Notes under the pieces: generated by a model
Told to the model about the DNA's origin: nothing
Seen by the model: the letters and a program-made list of their open reading frames with translations, nothing else
Databases searched by the model: none
Shown: positions 21,500 to 50,474 of the stretch, in pieces
How positions within the stretch are numbered: the first letter of the stretch is position 1
How the letters are laid out: every line of letters starts with the position of its first letter
Made by a program: the position numbers and the translations under genes
Source: the human T2T-CHM13v2.0 reference genome, Homo sapiens
Length of the DNA stretch: 64,000 nt
Reading direction: 5' to 3' (one strand)
NCBI RefSeq assembly: GCF_009914755.1
Contig: NC_060926.1

Positions 21500-21744
21500 G
21501 GCTGGGCACGGTGGCTCAGGCCTGTAATGCTAGCACTTTGGGAGGCCAAGGCGGGAGGATTGCTTGAGCCCAAGAGTTCAAGACCAGCCTGGGCAACACA
21601 GGAAGACCTCTACCCCTGTCTCTACAAAAAAAAATTTTTAATTAGCCAGGAGGTCAAGGCTGCAGTGAGCTCTGATTACACCACTGCAATCCATCCTGAG
21701 TGACAGAGCAAGACTGTCTCAGGAAAAAAAAAAAAAAAAAAAAA
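21500..21744 (+). mobile_element. AluJ (internal deletion)
   Basis: TSD CTACTTGAG. Confidence 0.85.
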
Positions 21745-22014
21745 GACTACTTGAGCTAGAGCAGTCAAGGAGGATTTCTCTGAGCTGAGACCTGAATGAT
21801 GGGAAGCAGGCAGAGGAGGGAGATGAGAGCTTTCCAGGCAGAGCCTGGAGCACGTGCAAAGGACCTGTGATGGTGGAGAGCTTGACGTGGTCATGAGGAA
21901 GAAGGCCAGGCTGCTGAAGTGTTGCTTGAGGAAGGTGGGGCTTTGCAGGCCAGGGTAGGAGAGTTTATTCTCACTGCCATAGCAACAAGATGGTTTTTTT
22001 TTTAAAAAAAAGCG

Positions 22015-22316
22015 TTTTTTGTTTTGTTTTGTTTTGCGACAGGGTTTTGCTTTGTAGCCCAGGCTGGAGTGCATCGGCACAATTTTGGCTCACTGCAGGC
22101 TTGACTTCCTAGGCTCAGATGATTCTCCCACCTCAGCCTCCCAAGTAGCTGTGATTACAGGCATGTGCCACCATGCCCGGCTAATTTTTGTATTTTTTGT
22201 AGAGACGAGGTTTCGACATGTTGCCCAGGCTGGTCTCGAACTCCTGACCTCAAGAAATTCACCTGCCTTGGCCCCTCAAAGTGCTGGGATTACAGGCGTG
22301 AGCCACCTTGTCCAGA
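22015..22316 (-). mobile_element. AluJb-like
   Basis: Dimeric Alu. Confidence 0.85.
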
Positions 22317-22337
22317 CTAAAAAAGGGTTTGATTTTA

Positions 22338-22467
22338 TCCATTTATGCCTAGCATTCCATTATTGGAAAGCTAGGCATGTGGGAGTTATTTATATCCTAC
22401 TGCTCAAGATCATCACCAAGGTCTGATTGCAAAAATTCAAAAAATTGCAACCTCAGGCATGAATGGG
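22338..22467 (+). mobile_element. MER85 (non-autonomous piggyBac, PGBD3-related)
   Basis: CCATTTATGCCT ... AGGCATGAATGGG terminal inverted repeats; TTAA at 22468-22471; internal ATTCCATTATTGGAAA. Confidence 0.9.
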
Positions 22468-22668
22468 TTAATGAGATTATTCTGTGTGTCGAAAGGGCTG
22501 GAAGGGACAGGAACAGAAGCAGAGAGACCTGTTGTGGTATGAAGGGGACAGAGATCAGCTAGAGGACAGATGATGGGGACTTGGGCTACAGCTGCAGCAG
22601 GGACAAGGTGAAAATGGCCGAGTTGGGGATACATTGAAAGGTGAGTGCTGTCAGAATAAGCTGGTGGT

Positions 22669-23035
<367 letters not shown>

Positions 23036-23459
23036 CTAAGCACCAGTTACTTTAAGATCAGAAGATTGGGAGCAGGTTGGGAGGAGACCAAAGATTCTGT
23101 TTTTGACAGGTCACATCTGAGATGCCTGTTGAACACCCAGGCGGAGAGGCCCAGCTGAAATTTGGTTATAGGAACCTGGGCCTCCAGAAGTCAGGGAGTG
23201 GAAACAGATCCCGGAGCCCTGGGCCCTCCACTGTCTAGAGAAGAGGAAAGGGAAAGGTAGGAAGCCTAGGGAAAAAGGGGTTTCAGGGAGGCGGGAAGTC
23301 TCCTGGGTTGTAGTTGCTGAGGGCTCATGTAAGAGTGGAGGGTCCCAGGCCCCTGGAATGGATGGAGGAGAGGCCGGAAGTGAAGACAGCACAGTCGTCA
23401 AATACAGAGGGGGCTTTCAATCTTTGCTGTCAAGTGGAGCAGAGAAATAGAGCGGGGCT

Positions 23460-23942
<483 letters not shown>

Positions 23943-24167
23943 TCAGAGCTGCACGGGGAGGCTGCAGAGAGGCTAGAGAGACAGGAAGGGAGGGGTGGGT
24001 TATGGGGGGAAGGACAAGGGAGATAACAAAGTTCTCACACTGGGCCAAGCAGTGACCAATAAGGGTTGCCTATTGCTGTCACCTCAGCTGATGCAGGGCT
24101 GGGCAAGAGATGGCCATTCAGTGGGGTGTGGGGGGAATATTTTATCCACCTCTGTGTTTAGGTGTAG

Positions 24168-24929
<762 letters not shown>

Positions 24930-25195
24930 TGATAGACTTTCTTCTAACCAGGACACGGTTCAGGGCATCGGGGCTTAGGGATGAAAAATTAGGCGCTGGC
25001 CGGGTTGATCCCTGAGGTTTGAATCTATCTCTGAACATTTCTGTGTCAGTTGTCCATCCCTTGGAGGCCTAGGCCTCCACCCATAGTCCCCAAAGCAACA
25101 GATACGTTACTCCTACAACTGCACCGCCTCATAGGGTCACAGGTGAAATGAGGAAACTGCTGCTGAGGGACTCAACCCTTTTAAAGTGTATTAGA

Positions 25196-25490
25196 GGCCG
25201 GGCGTGGTGGCTCACGCCTGTAATCCCAGCACTTTGGGAGGCCGAGGCCGGTGGATCACCTGAAGTCAGGAATTCGAGATCAGCATGACCAACATGAGAA
25301 ACCCCATCTCTACTAAAAATACAAAATTAGCCGGGCGTGGTGGTATACGCCTATAATCCCAGCTACTCGGGAGGCTGAGGCAGGAGAATCACTTCAACCT
25401 GGGAGGTGGAGGTTGTGGTGAGCTGAGATCGCACTGTTGCACTCCAGCTTGGACAACAAGAGCAAAACTCTGTCTCAAAAAAAAAAAAAA
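25196..25490 (+). mobile_element. AluSp-like
   Basis: Dimeric Alu. Confidence 0.9.
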
Positions 25491-25997
25491 TGTTTATTAG
25501 AGCCAAGGAGAAAGGGAGCTTTGGAAGTAACTCTAGAAGACAGTCCCAGGGGTCCCCTGTCCCCCTTGGATGTGACTTTGTGCCCCCACCTGCAACTAAA
25601 CTTGTTGTTGGCCTCATAGCAGCCATGTGCCCACACCCACACCCCTCGGAATTACATCCACTCCCCATGCTGGCAGCTGACCCTACTATATGCACACTAC
25701 TATATGCACACTTGGCCTCTTCACCAGCCAGCTCCCAGGCAGCCTCTTGTCTCCCTCTCTCCTCCATTCCACTCGAGACCCACTGTGCTGACCCGGCAAG
25801 CCTGGGCCCGGTGCGCAGCATCTCCACCACACCCAGGCAGACACAGGGCTGGAGCTGCCCACTGAGGCGGTCTCAGGGACTGCGGACCTGTCACTTCACA
25901 ACTACCTTGACTCAGCCCAGCCCTGACCCTTCTCCTGTCTCTCCTTACCCCTCTGCCACCAAATGACGCCTTGCTTAAACTCAGGACTGTCACAGGA

Positions 25998-25999
<2 letters not shown>

Positions 26000-26041
<42 letters not shown>

Positions 26042-26333
26042 TATTTTTTTTGAGACAGAGTTTTTCTCTGTGGTCCAGGCTGGAGTGCAGTGGCGCCATC
26101 TTGGTTCACTGCAAACTCCCCCTCCCAGGTTCAAGTGATTCTCTGCCTGAGCCTCCCAAATAGCTGGGATTACAGGCACACACCACCACGCCCAGCTAAT
26201 TTTTTGTAATTTTAGTAGAGACGGGGTTTTGCCATGTTGCCCAGGCTGGTCTCAAACTCCTGAGCTCAGGCAATCTGCTTGCCTCGGCCTCCCAAAGTGC
26301 TGGCATTACAGGTGTGAGCCACTGCACTCGGCC
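26000..26333 (-). mobile_element. AluS with (TAT)n microsatellite tail
   Basis: Dimeric Alu; (TAT)n at ~26000-26045. Confidence 0.9.
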
Positions 26334-26970
26334 TGTCACAGAATGGTATTTATTAACCAAATGGCTCCAGTAGCTCCCTCTGTCCCGTAAGTTCTTGCCA
26401 GACCTCCCACTCCCAGCTCTGATGACACTGGGACAATCAGGCATGGCTTCCAGAGCTAAAGGGCACCAATGCCCACCTCTCCCAGCCCTCCCGTCTCTCT
26501 TTGGAGCTAAGTCTTGAAGATTCAGTCCGAGTTCCATCTCCTACCAGGATTCCTCCAGATAAGCTAATTTTCAAAATTCAGTGGCCAGATGAAATTGCTT
26601 ATACCTCTTGCTTCTTGCTAATTTCTAGACTCTCAAAAAAAAAAAAAAATCTTGGGTCTTGACTTCCCCACTGAGATGAACACATTTCTGAATTGGTCCA
26701 ACTAAGAACCAGGTTTGCTTCTTTCTGAACTGACAGCCTGAGAGCTGAAGAACCAGGCAAATGTGTGAGGAGCCAACCAAAATGTGCAGCTACTTTGCTC
26801 CAATAAGTTTTATTTCTGGGAATCCATTTTAAGGAAAAAATACAAAATATGGACAGAAAAAAGCCAAAACATAAAGATGTTTACAGAAGCTCTATTTGTA
26901 GCTAAAATAAAAAAATAGAAACAAATATCCAACAAGAAAGTGCCACGAAGCCATTTAAAAAAAAAATTCC

Positions 26971-27340
<370 letters not shown>

Positions 27341-27561
27341 TTCTACATCAACACTGAAAAATACTAAGAAAAAGTACAAGTTAAATGTATAGTTACAACT
27401 TTGTGAAAAAAGAAAGACGTGCCCATGAGGAAAAAACCTGTTAGTTTAGTAGGGTTGTCCCCTTTTCCTCAAACGTTCCCCTTATAATTTCTTTCAATAC
27501 TTCCAGTGAAGTGGTACAGTCCTAAACCTCCCTGAAACCTAATGTAAGAGAGAAACCTTGA

Positions 27562-27910
<349 letters not shown>

Positions 27911-27958
27911 TAGACCTGCTAGGCACTTAGAAGATGAAACTGAAACACAGATGCTTGA

Positions 27959-28375
<417 letters not shown>

Positions 28376-29184
28376 TAGGTGGGGACAGAGAACTAGTGAT
28401 TATTGAGTCATGCAGACAAAGGGAACACTGGGTGAAGGGCTCTGCAGACCATGAGGCACTGTCCACTTGCAAGACAGCTCTGGGGAGGGCCATACAGTGA
28501 GAGGAACTCAGACTTGGGGTCTGAAGGGAAAACTGGGGGTATCCCTGAGTGGCTGTCACTGCACTCAAGGTGGCCCTTGCATTGTTGGCTGGAGCAGGGA
28601 AAGGGACCTCCCTCCCCTTATGCTGAGCTGACACTGGCTTCCCCCACACCATTCCACCTGCCTGTGGAACACCTGGAAAGACCCCGGCCCTTTGGGCTCG
28701 CCCTGTCCGTGTTTACAAACATTGGCCTACCAATTCCTGCTTTTTCTAGGACAAATGCCCCGATTTGTTCTGGGGCCCCTTGACATTCCCGACCATCTAC
28801 CACTCTGGATGCTCGCTTGTTGCCAAAACCCTGTTTAGAGTTTGAGTACCTAGGTTCAAAAATCCTCCTCGCGCCGTGTCTGACCAAGGCATTGGCATAA
28901 GGCGCGCTCTTCTCCCTGCTCTGGTATGAAAACTTCTGTTGCTCAGCCCAGAGCTGAATTTGCTTTCCCAGCAACCCTGTCTCACCATAACTTATTTTTC
29001 AGCTTCCAGTCAACCAAACTCTTTCCTGCACCCAGGGGACAGCTCCCATTTACTAATTTGATGCTCACACAGGTGACGTTTTTTAGGGAGGCCCTACATC
29101 ATCTGGGCCCGACGCTAGCACCTCCCCGCTTAGGTACTTGAGCCCCCTGGAGGAGGCTGTGAACAGTCATGGCAGGGAAAGGAG

Positions 29185-29254
29185 ACGCAAGACAAAACGA
29201 CATTATTACGGTGCTTTTCCATTTTTCTTTTTGCACAAAAACAGTCCATTTATT
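29185..29254 (-). terminator. Distal poly(A) signal of DNMT3A
   Basis: AATAAA at 29249-29254 (a second at 29291-29296); downstream TGTCGTTTTGTCTTGCGT. Confidence 0.75.
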
Positions 29255-29546
29255 CAAGTGTTCTCCAGCACAAGTACATTAGAAAGGAGCTTTATTATAT
29301 TCTTCTGGGCACAAAAAAAAATGTGATGAAGGCGGAACTGACAGACTTTCTACATCTGTTGTACGCATTGACCTCTTTAATTATTTCATAAACAGCTATG
29401 TCACGAGCATCACTTACACAGAGATACAACAGGACACCAGGCGGGTGGGGCAGGGACCCCTCGGGCCCCCACTCGCCCTTCCCTGAATGTCCTAGAACCA
29501 GACTGTGAAATGTACATTATTATTGTCAATAAATAGAGAAGCAACC

Positions 29547-29548
<2 letters not shown>

Positions 29549-29599
<51 letters not shown>
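29549..29599. repeat. A51 homopolymer (U51 in the long DNMT3A 3' UTR)
   Basis: 51 consecutive A. Confidence 0.95.
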
Positions 29600-29603
<4 letters not shown>

Positions 29604-32137
29604 GTGGTGAAAGGATGCTGGAACCAGGAAAAAAAAATAATAATAATAAAGGAGAAAAGAGGAACTTAAGAGAAAGGAAAGAGGGCTGGGGAGGGAAGAG
29701 TCTGGGAAGTCCTGCATTTAGCTGCGTGGAATGTGGAGTAAAAGTGCTCTGCCACCGGGGTCAAAGCGAAATCGTCTGTAACAGTAAAAGTTATTACCAA
29801 ATCAGCTACGGAGTTTATTCTTCAGTATGAATACATGATTTCCCACAAATAAGTAAGCACCCGCTACTTCAATGCCTCAGCTAAAACACATGAAATCGCT
29901 CATTTAGTTTTCAAGTACAAAGTTAAAATGCCTTTTTAATAATAATATATCAGAGTAAAATAATAGTCTCTTTTAAACTCCACTACAAGAAAACAAAACA
30001 AACAGTCATTGTCCAGACAGCAGACTTAATTTAACAATATATATTTTTAATAAAATGTTTTAGCACCTTGGTGAGTCACCTCCTCCCTCTGCGTATTCTA
30101 AGGAATTTCAGCATTTTTGTTGTCTGTTGAATTCTAGGGCTGTGCAACCAAATCGGTCTGTGAAGTGAAATGGGACTAGGGGATGCTTTAGACCGCTGCT
30201 CATGTTCTCAGGCACAGGGTTGGAGGCCGCTAGGCTGGGGCTGAGGGAGCCGCCCTCCTCACCCCCCAGTGGAGCTGAGCCAGGGAGCTTTCCAGTTACG
30301 GGAGTTTCGGGAGTCCCAGGCCCTCTGGTGGGGGAAGTGAGTAAGTCACCACCAGCAAAGGGATCTTGTGTCCTTGTCCTCCCTGCTCCTTGCTTGTTTC
30401 TCCCTCCCCCAAAACTCTGCTGCCTCGGGTCAGAGACAGGTCACCCACCAAAGGCCCACCTTAGCTGGGTCTCGGAAACACAGAGGCAAGGTTCCCCAAC
30501 TCGATCCTCAAAGACCCTGGCCTGCCTTTACCAAAACGTAAAGATTCCAGAGCTCACACTACAACAGCAGAGTCCATCCTCTCACCCCTTCCCTCTCCTC
30601 CCGGTCCTCCTGACCCCAGCACAGGGCCTGGTAAGGAGGCGGCTGACACTTTCCTTAATCCTGGCTCAGCAGGGCATGGCCAGAAGGGCCATCCCAGCTC
30701 CAGACCATTCCTCCACTACACCTTTTCCACCCCCGGGATTGGGAGCGGGGAGGTTTCAGCTGCTCCCTGGCAAACAGGCAGGACTCCCAGAGGACAACTC
30801 CAGGGTCGCTCTCTAGTCTCCAGCACTGAGAGCAGGCAGCGTGGAGAATACGCAATGACAAACTCAGATTACTCACCTCCCGGGACCAAAACAGGGGCCT
30901 GGCTAGAAACTCGGTTCCCACCAGAATGTTGGCTCTGCCGTGCTCCCGACCAAAGGAAGCAAGCAGCCCTCTTCAGGGCACAGTGCCAGGCAGCACCCCC
31001 TCCCTGCCCTGGCCCTAACCCACAGCTTGAGGGGGATCCTAAAAGCAACAGCTCTGAAAGACACTTGGGGCCACTGCAACTCCGCACCAAGCAGAGTAGC
31101 AACAGGAATTCAAAACTGCCTCCCAAATGTACTCTATTTATATAAGCAAAACTATGAAATGAATGACTGCAGTTTTCCTATAAGAACATCTCCCAGATGG
31201 CTCTGCTGAAATATTCCTTCTACTGCTGGAGAAGGTGGGTGTTCCCATCTAGGCTTCCCCAGAGTCGCCATGGCCTGGTGGCCAATTATCGGGAAGCAAG
31301 GGGAGCTGGGCCCTGTGAGACCCCTTTGGTGTCAGCCTTCCTTCCTGCTGGGGTGCCTGTCCCAATCCACACTCCTGCAATGCACCAAAAATCACACAGG
31401 CATCTCTACCAGTCAATCACACCCAGGCCTGTTTCAAAAGCTAACAGGTCCCGGGTGCTCTCTTGGAAAGTTTGCTTTCCAATAGGATGTTCAATAGCAA
31501 GAAGTCTCTGGGGCCTAGAGACAAAAGGACAGCAACAGATTCATGTCATCATCTATGGACTGCAGACCCCTGCTAGTGCCCGCCTGCGGCCCCCCAGTCT
31601 GCCGGTGCACCAGCCTGTCGCTCCCGTGGGGCGGGGGGTTAGTACCAGCCGCCTGCTGGAAACTAGCTTCCTGCTTAGGCAGGAGGCCAACGACTGTGTC
31701 CCCAGCACGAGCACCTGGCTACCTCCCCCAGGCAAGAGCCACGGATCTCTTTGGCATCATGCGCCACCTGGCACCTGCAGGGGAAGCTGTCATCAGCCCC
31801 CAGAACCCTTGTTTCTAAGGGGGAAATGGGCCTACTCTTCGGAAAGAAAATTCCACAGGGAATATGCCTGGCAATTTTCCCTAGGCCTTCTTGGTTCCCC
31901 CACTCCACTGCCTCTAACCTCTGCCTTATCTACAGCCTGCTGAAGTTCAGCACCCCTTGGAAGGTGACCCAATACCTGTCCCCAGAGGCCCCAGCGTTGA
32001 GGTGGATTAAGCATATCTCAGCTTGGCCAAGTTGGCACAATCCCAAAGCCCCACACTCTCCTAAATTCTACTGTGAGACCAAGCACACAGGCTGGGCCGG
32101 AAGAAAAGCTGGTGATTGTTAACTCTCGTCCCTGCAA

Positions 32138-32155
32138 GGGGGGGGGGGGGGGGGG
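32138..32155. repeat. G18 homopolymer (C18 in the DNMT3A 3' UTR)
   Basis: 18 consecutive G. Confidence 0.95.
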
Positions 32156-34283
32156 CCATGACCCCTGGGGCATCTGGTCCATTCTAGGGCCTGGTCAAGT
32201 GGCTAGATCTGGAGGAACAAGTGCTCTCAAGCTGTCAGCCATAAGGGCTCCTCTGTGCCCAGCACTCCCTCCTCGAGCAAGCCGGCCCACAGGAATCCCC
32301 CAGGCTTGCCATGCCCTTGGCTACCAAGTCTCTTCCCAAGTCCCAACACCAACCCTTTGGTTGGAGCACCAGGCCCAGTTCCGGTGGAGCTTGGGCCGCT
32401 GGGAAAGGCTAACTGTCACTAAGCAGTGGCTTGGGAGAGCCTGAGCGTTAGAAGACTCTGTCCTGACCCTGGGAGCCGGGAAGACCTTAGCATTGGCCAG
32501 CGGGGGAGGGAGCACCTTGGACTGCCTGAGGCAGCCCCTCCTCCCCCAGCCCTCCTGGAGTGGCGCTGGTGGACTCCAGGCCCGAAGGACAGAGCCCCGC
32601 GGGAGCAAGGAGGAGCTGGGTGAGCACCACAGTTAGCACAGGGACTCCACTGAGGGGGCAGAGGCTCCCTTCCTCGCTGCTCCAGCCCCACAGCAGCCCA
32701 GTCACCACCTGTCAAGAGGTGACAGGAAGCAACTGGGCATGATCTTAAACACCAATCTGTCGAGGAGACAGTAGATTGGGGTCCAGGACCAAGCACCCCA
32801 AAAAGGGGTGAGACCGGCCACCAGCTGTGTGAATTTACTCCTGAGTAATGAGCAGGGGGTCCAAAGCCTTGGTTTGGTTTTGTCACTAATTACTAATTTG
32901 GTTTATTCAATAGGTGAGGTTCACTGTCCCATTTTTTTTCCCCAATGGAAGCCCCCTGGCCAAGACAGACCTGGATGTCAATTTGATTTCAGTTGGGGAG
33001 AATAGGTAGGGGGAGTTGAGGGCTGACTTGACTGGTGCCTAGAGTTGCAGGTCAGTATCACAGGTTGCTAACAGAAGAATCTTTTGACATCACCAGGGGC
33101 AAAAGAGATAGAACACTACCTGCTAGAGGAGAGCACCTGCTAAAAGAAACCTCCTCCTTTTCCTGCCTCAGCACCTAGCAACTTCTGGGATTGACAGTCT
33201 ACCTGCAATCAGGGCAACAGAGGTAAATAGCTGCACGGGCTGACTCCACAAAGTCCTGAACCCTGGGAGAAGAGTGCTGGGAGCCCCCTGGCGTGTGTGT
33301 GTGTGTGTGAGTGCATTCATTATGCATCAGTACAGAAATATGCTCCTGTGTATGCGTGTGAGATTGACTGATTGGTGTGGGGTTTAGGTCTGCAGTGGGG
33401 ACCGAGGCTCAGCACACTAAGCCTGCTTCCCCCACTCCCCACCCCATAATATTTCTTAAACATGACCCTATCTATGTATTTATAGAGCGCCTATCACTGT
33501 AGGCCCCATCTTTCTAGGGACGTGGACTTGGGGCCATGTGCTTGCCGACACACCTCCCAGCTCTACCAGTCCCAGGAGGTGCCATCCCCCCTCCCATTAT
33601 AAAATATATATCTCTATATGCCACATATCTACACCCCATCTACCCAGGCAAGCACCTGCCCGTCGGGCCCTCACCCTGGAGCCAACAATGCCATCCCTTC
33701 CTACTACTGACGCCAGGCCGCCTGCCTTGTAGGAAGTAGAACAAAGTGTTGAGCACTTGGGGCTCCAGGTGCTGCTGACTCGAGGTAAGAGCACAGCTAT
33801 CATCAGACCAAGTACTAGAAAAGAAATACACACCACTCCAATCACACACACAAGGAGAGAGACGGCCGGTCCTCCCTCCAGCCCTGACACACCCGACTCA
33901 AGAGGAGGGGAAGTAGAAGAGAAGAGTGACAAGCCCAGAAGGCAGACCTTGGGGACTCCCTGGCCGCCCAGCTGTCACCATGCCCAGTGGCCCACCTGGC
34001 CCGAGGGGTGGGAGCCAGGGCACCAGAGCCACCGCTAACTCAGAAGCACCCTGCTCCCGCACCTTGGTTTGAAACCTAAAGGGAAGGGTGTTGGGTTTTT
34101 GTTTTCTTAAAGAAAATCTTAAAACAAACATAATTATAACCAGAACCATAAGAATAATTATAATAAAAGGTGTCATCAGCCTCCCAGTATAAAACTGCAG
34201 CCTTTGGAGATGACCAAAAACATCACATTCCAGGGGCCGGGAGCCGCCTTGTGCACAGAGGGGTGGATGGTGGGGGCCTCATA

Positions 34284-34346
34284 AAAGAACACACAAAAGG
34301 CGACTTAGACAGGAAAGCACCAGTACGTTTTGTATGTTTTTTTATT
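34284..34346 (-). terminator. Proximal poly(A) signal of DNMT3A
   Basis: AATAAA at 34341-34346 (minus); downstream GU-rich CTTTTGTGTGTTCTTT at ~34284-34299. Confidence 0.85.
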
Positions 34347-35625
34347 TGCTCCAGGTGGGGTTTTGACTGTCACTTTCCCACACTCTGGATTAGTTCTGAT
34401 CCCACCACAAGGAGCCCTCGAATTGGCTAAAGTGAGAAACTGGGCCTGAAGACTCCGTACCCTCTGCCATCTTGCCGAGGGAGTCTCCTTTTAGAAAACA
34501 ATCAAAGGGTTATTGCATGAGTCTGGATGAATCCCACTCTCAGCTGTCCACGGGCCCGACCACCTCATCTAGCCCCCTTTTTGGCAGGGAGAACCTGGCT
34601 CCCAAGTTCTCCTCCTTCACTTCGTTACAAACCAAGGGGAAGAGCCCACCGTGAGAACGCGCCATCTGCAAGCTGTCTCCCTTTCTCCATCCTTGGTGAA
34701 ACCCTTTGCGCAGAAGGCAACGTGGAAGCTGATGTTTTTACTCATCTCGCTGTTTGAAAGCACCATTATGAAGTCGGGTTGTACAGTAGTTAACAGTACC
34801 TTTTATATATATATCTCATATCTATCATATATATATAAACTGTAAACAAGAGGTAACAGCGGCTTCTAGAAACTGATTTTCTTCAAGGTTTCCTGTGTGG
34901 TAGGCACCTGAAATACTGTAGAAAAATGTCTTGTGTGGTGTTCTCGTCTCCCTGCTGCTAACTGGGTTCTGTTTTGCGTGACCAGGAATGGTGCTGGCAC
35001 GACAGCTCAGTGGCTGGGAGGGAATGCTGCCGCCTGAGTGTCTCTCTCTTTCCGTCCCCTGCTTGTGCTCCTATCTGATCAGGCTAGAGACAACAAAAAA
35101 AAGATATATAGTAAAAAAAAAAACCCAAAAAAAAAAACAAAAAACAAAAAAAAAAACAACCCAATATATAGATTTCTATAGAATTTCCTTTTTTCCTCTC
35201 TCCCACCTTTCCTCTGCAAGGTATTGTTACTATTTTTTGTTACTGATTTTTGCTGCAATAACCTTCTTGTTTCAGTCACAGCAAGAAACAAAACCCAAAC
35301 AAACAGAAAACCCCTCTGAAAAGAGTAGAAAATAAAAGGTCTGACCGAAAAAAAAGGGAAGGGGGAGGAAGGGAAGGGAGCTTGGTTTTGTTTTTAAATA
35401 GGACTGAAGAATAACATTGAAAAATCAGGAGATGATGTCCAACCCTTTTCGCAAGGCAAAGCCCTCCGGTATTTCCGCCTCTGTGGTTTTTGTTTTAAAT
35501 TCCTTTTTCTCTTCTGGGTGCTGATACTTCTCTCCATCCTCATGTTCTTGGTGTTTTATTATGTTTTGTGTTTTTTGTTTGTTTGTTTAACTTTGTGTCG
35601 CTACCTCAGTTTGCCCCCATGTCCC

Positions 35626-49707
<14,082 letters not shown>

Positions 49708-49817
49708 TCAAGGGCTGGAGAGAGCCAACCAGCTGCCTTGCCGTGAAAAATGGAAAGACTTGAAGTAGAGAGGTGAACTCAAGTCACACAATTCCAGCCT
49801 TCTTTTCTGCCTTTTAG

Positions 49818-50195
<378 letters not shown>

Positions 50196-50205
50196 TACGT
50201 TAATG

Positions 50206-50368
50206 TTTTTTTTTTAATTTTATTATTATTATACTTTAAGTTTTAGGGTACATGTGCACAACGTGCAGGTTTGTTACATATGTATTCATGTGCCATGTTG
50301 GTGTGCTGCACCCATTAACTTGTCATTTAGCATTATACCGTATATCTCCTAATGCTATCCCTCCCCCT
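50206..50368 (-). mobile_element. 5'-truncated L1PA 3' end, sense to DNMT3A
   Basis: TATACTTTAAGTTTTAGGGTACATGTGCACAACGTGCAGGTTTGTTACAT. Confidence 0.9.
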
Positions 50369-50474
50369 ACCTATGGAGATGTTAATTCTATCCAAATATT
50401 AATCAGGCACTATTGTTTAGACACAGATATTGGTTCCACCCTCTCCTATCTTCTTAATCAAGACTAGGATCTTC

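Larger units (their letters stand above)
29221..35625 (-). other. DNMT3A: DNMT3A 3' UTR (short form ~1.3 kb, long form ~6.4 kb)
   Basis: Alu-free region after the stop codon with AATAAA plus GU-rich elements at two sites, and many seed matches to conserved miRNA families. Confidence 0.85.

Noticed and set aside
29528-29599. AATAAA plus A51 as the tail of a processed pseudogene
   Set aside because: No target-site duplication and no recognisable parent mRNA upstream; kept only as a UTR U-tract
30202-31943. 204-aa and 248-aa plus-strand ORFs
   Set aside because: Antisense to the GC-rich DNMT3A 3' UTR, with no promoter, splice structure or recognisable domain
35555-35560. AATAAA about 65 nt after the stop codon
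   Set aside because: Lies in an A-rich stretch with no clear GU/U-rich downstream element; no support for use
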